Source: Candidatus Nanohalarchaeota archaeon | GTDB lineage: Archaea > EX4484-52 > B79-G9 | DNA: 24,364 nt | Direction: 5' to 3' | Assembly: GCA_017610525.1 (NCBI GenBank) | Contig: JAFCBW010000002.1 | Span: forward strand, 1-24,364 | Shown here: positions 23,364-24,364 of the stretch, one piece after another | Layout of the letters: every line of letters begins with the position of its first letter | Position numbering within the stretch: the stretch's first letter is position 1 | The notes under the pieces: model-generated | What the model was told of the DNA's origin: nothing | Seen by the model: the letters and a program-made list of their open reading frames with translations, nothing else | Database searches by the model: none | Made by a program: the position numbers and the translations under genes

Positions 23364-24284
23364 TCACATACACTTCTTCTTAGCAGTATAACCCAAAACA
23401 CAAGACGCCGCAATAAACCCCTGGTACATAGCAGGCATAATAAGCTTCTGCCTCTCCCTCGTAACATCCCCTGCAACAAAAACCCCACCAACCGTAGTCT
23501 CAAGCGTCCCTTCATCATAATCAATATTCAAATCACTCCCCACCTTAAGACCGATATCCCGAAGAAACTTCGTATCCCTGACAGTACCCGCAAGCACAAA
23601 AACATCATCAACCGCAATCTCATCCAAAGAACCATCTGCACCCTTCAAAACAGCTTTCTTACCCTTGAACTCAACCACATTACTCGAAAACCTGACCTCA
23701 ACAGAACTCTGCTCAAGCTGCTCCAGGTTAAGCTCCTTCACCCGGAAAAACTCACTCTTCCTATACGACAACACAACCTTAGCCCCAAAAGAAGAAAGAC
23801 TAACCGCAGCCTCAATCGCCACATCCCCTCCTCCGACAACCAAAACCCTCTGACGCGCATACTTCTTCAAACCATTAAGCGCATAATGAACATTCTTCCC
23901 ATCCTCACCCGGCACCCCAAGCTTGCGCGCAACACCCTGTATGCCGACCGCAACCAAGACCGCCAACGACCTAAAAACTCCCTTTTCAGTACCAACCTCT
24001 AAATATTTGCCCACCCTCTTCACAGAAACAACCCTCTCACCCTCTCGCACATCAACCTGCGACCTCACAAGATCCCTCCTGTAAAACTCAACCAGCTCAT
24101 CAGGCGATCCCTGGAAAAACCCGGCAACCCCAAACATCTTCTTCCCTTCATGATAATCAGCAATCGTATTCGCAACAACTCCCTGCTCAAGAACAAGCGC
24201 ATGCAGGCGAAGCTCCCTGCACCGGACCGCACACGAAACACCCGCAGGTCCCGCGCCGATGACAATCACATCAAATACCTTCAT
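23364..24284 (-). CDS. Thioredoxin-reductase-fold FAD/NAD(P) oxidoreductase lacking the CxxC (YpdA/FNR-like)
   Basis: VIGAGPAG, second dinucleotide site VVGGGDVAIE, YRK and FVAGD. HYAL occupies the usual CxxC position. Confidence 0.8.
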   Translation of the reverse strand: MKVFDVIVIGAGPAGVSCAVRCRELRLHALVLEQGVVANTIADYHEGKKMFGVAGFFQGSPDELVEFYRRDLVRSQVDVREGERVVSVKRVGKYLEVGTEKGVFRSLAVLVAVGIQGVARKLGVPGEDGKNVHYALNGLKKYARQRVLVVGGGDVAIEAAVSLSSFGAKVVLSYRKSEFFRVKELNLEQLEQSSVEVRFSSNVVEFKGKKAVLKGADGSLDEIAVDDVFVLAGTVRDTKFLRDIGLKVGSDLNIDYDEGTLETTVGGVFVAGDVTRERQKLIMPAMYQGFIAASCVLGYTAKKKCM

Positions 24285-24364
24285 AATCCTCTTTATTCCA
24301 CAGCATAGCTTATTAAACTAACGCCCAAACCGCACCCAACATCGACATTCGTACGACTCAACCA

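Noticed and set aside
17-24265. Many long alternative ORFs, e.g. 1416-2252, 3228-3824, 14054-14620, 20212-21069 and 23055-24002
   Set aside because: These are shadows of real genes. The T-poor + strand rarely makes stop codons, and the translations are K/H/P/N/R-rich with no motifs.

Overview
Archaeal chromosomal window, probably from a DPANN-type lineage (inference from aglB, fen1 with a PIP box, aEF-1beta, the R15P isomerase, TATA promoters, GGTGA/GAGGTG ribosome-binding sites and BHB tRNA introns). The + strand is extremely A/C-rich whichever strand carries the gene. From left to right it holds: an N-glycosylation and glycan-tailoring cluster (FAD oxidoreductase, DUF362, SAM methyltransferase, B12 radical SAM, GT2, flippase-like, GT-C, GPT/AglH-like, AglB); an R15P isomerase-CYTH-Yip1 operon; a CDP-alcohol phosphotransferase preceded by a 77-bp x3 tandem array of inverted repeats; fen1, ef1b and a Zn-finger gene; tRNA-Arg(GCG) with a T-loop intron; hydrogenase maturation genes (HycI-like, hypA); tRNA-Leu(CAA) with two introns; and an RHH-PRTase-queD-queE-queC-folE2 7-deazaguanine operon. 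The best leads are: (1) the Leu anticodon intron looks like a box C/D guide aimed at its own C34; (2) the preQ0 genes are coupled to a phosphoribosyltransferase, and the QueC has lost its PP-loop; (3) a G-tract motif is conserved in two intergenic copies on the G-poor strand; (4) the 77-bp double-hairpin array; (5) a REP-like hairpin element present in two copies. Several starts were moved from the ORF track using homology, RBS or TATA evidence. All protein calls come from motif recognition, with no database searches run.
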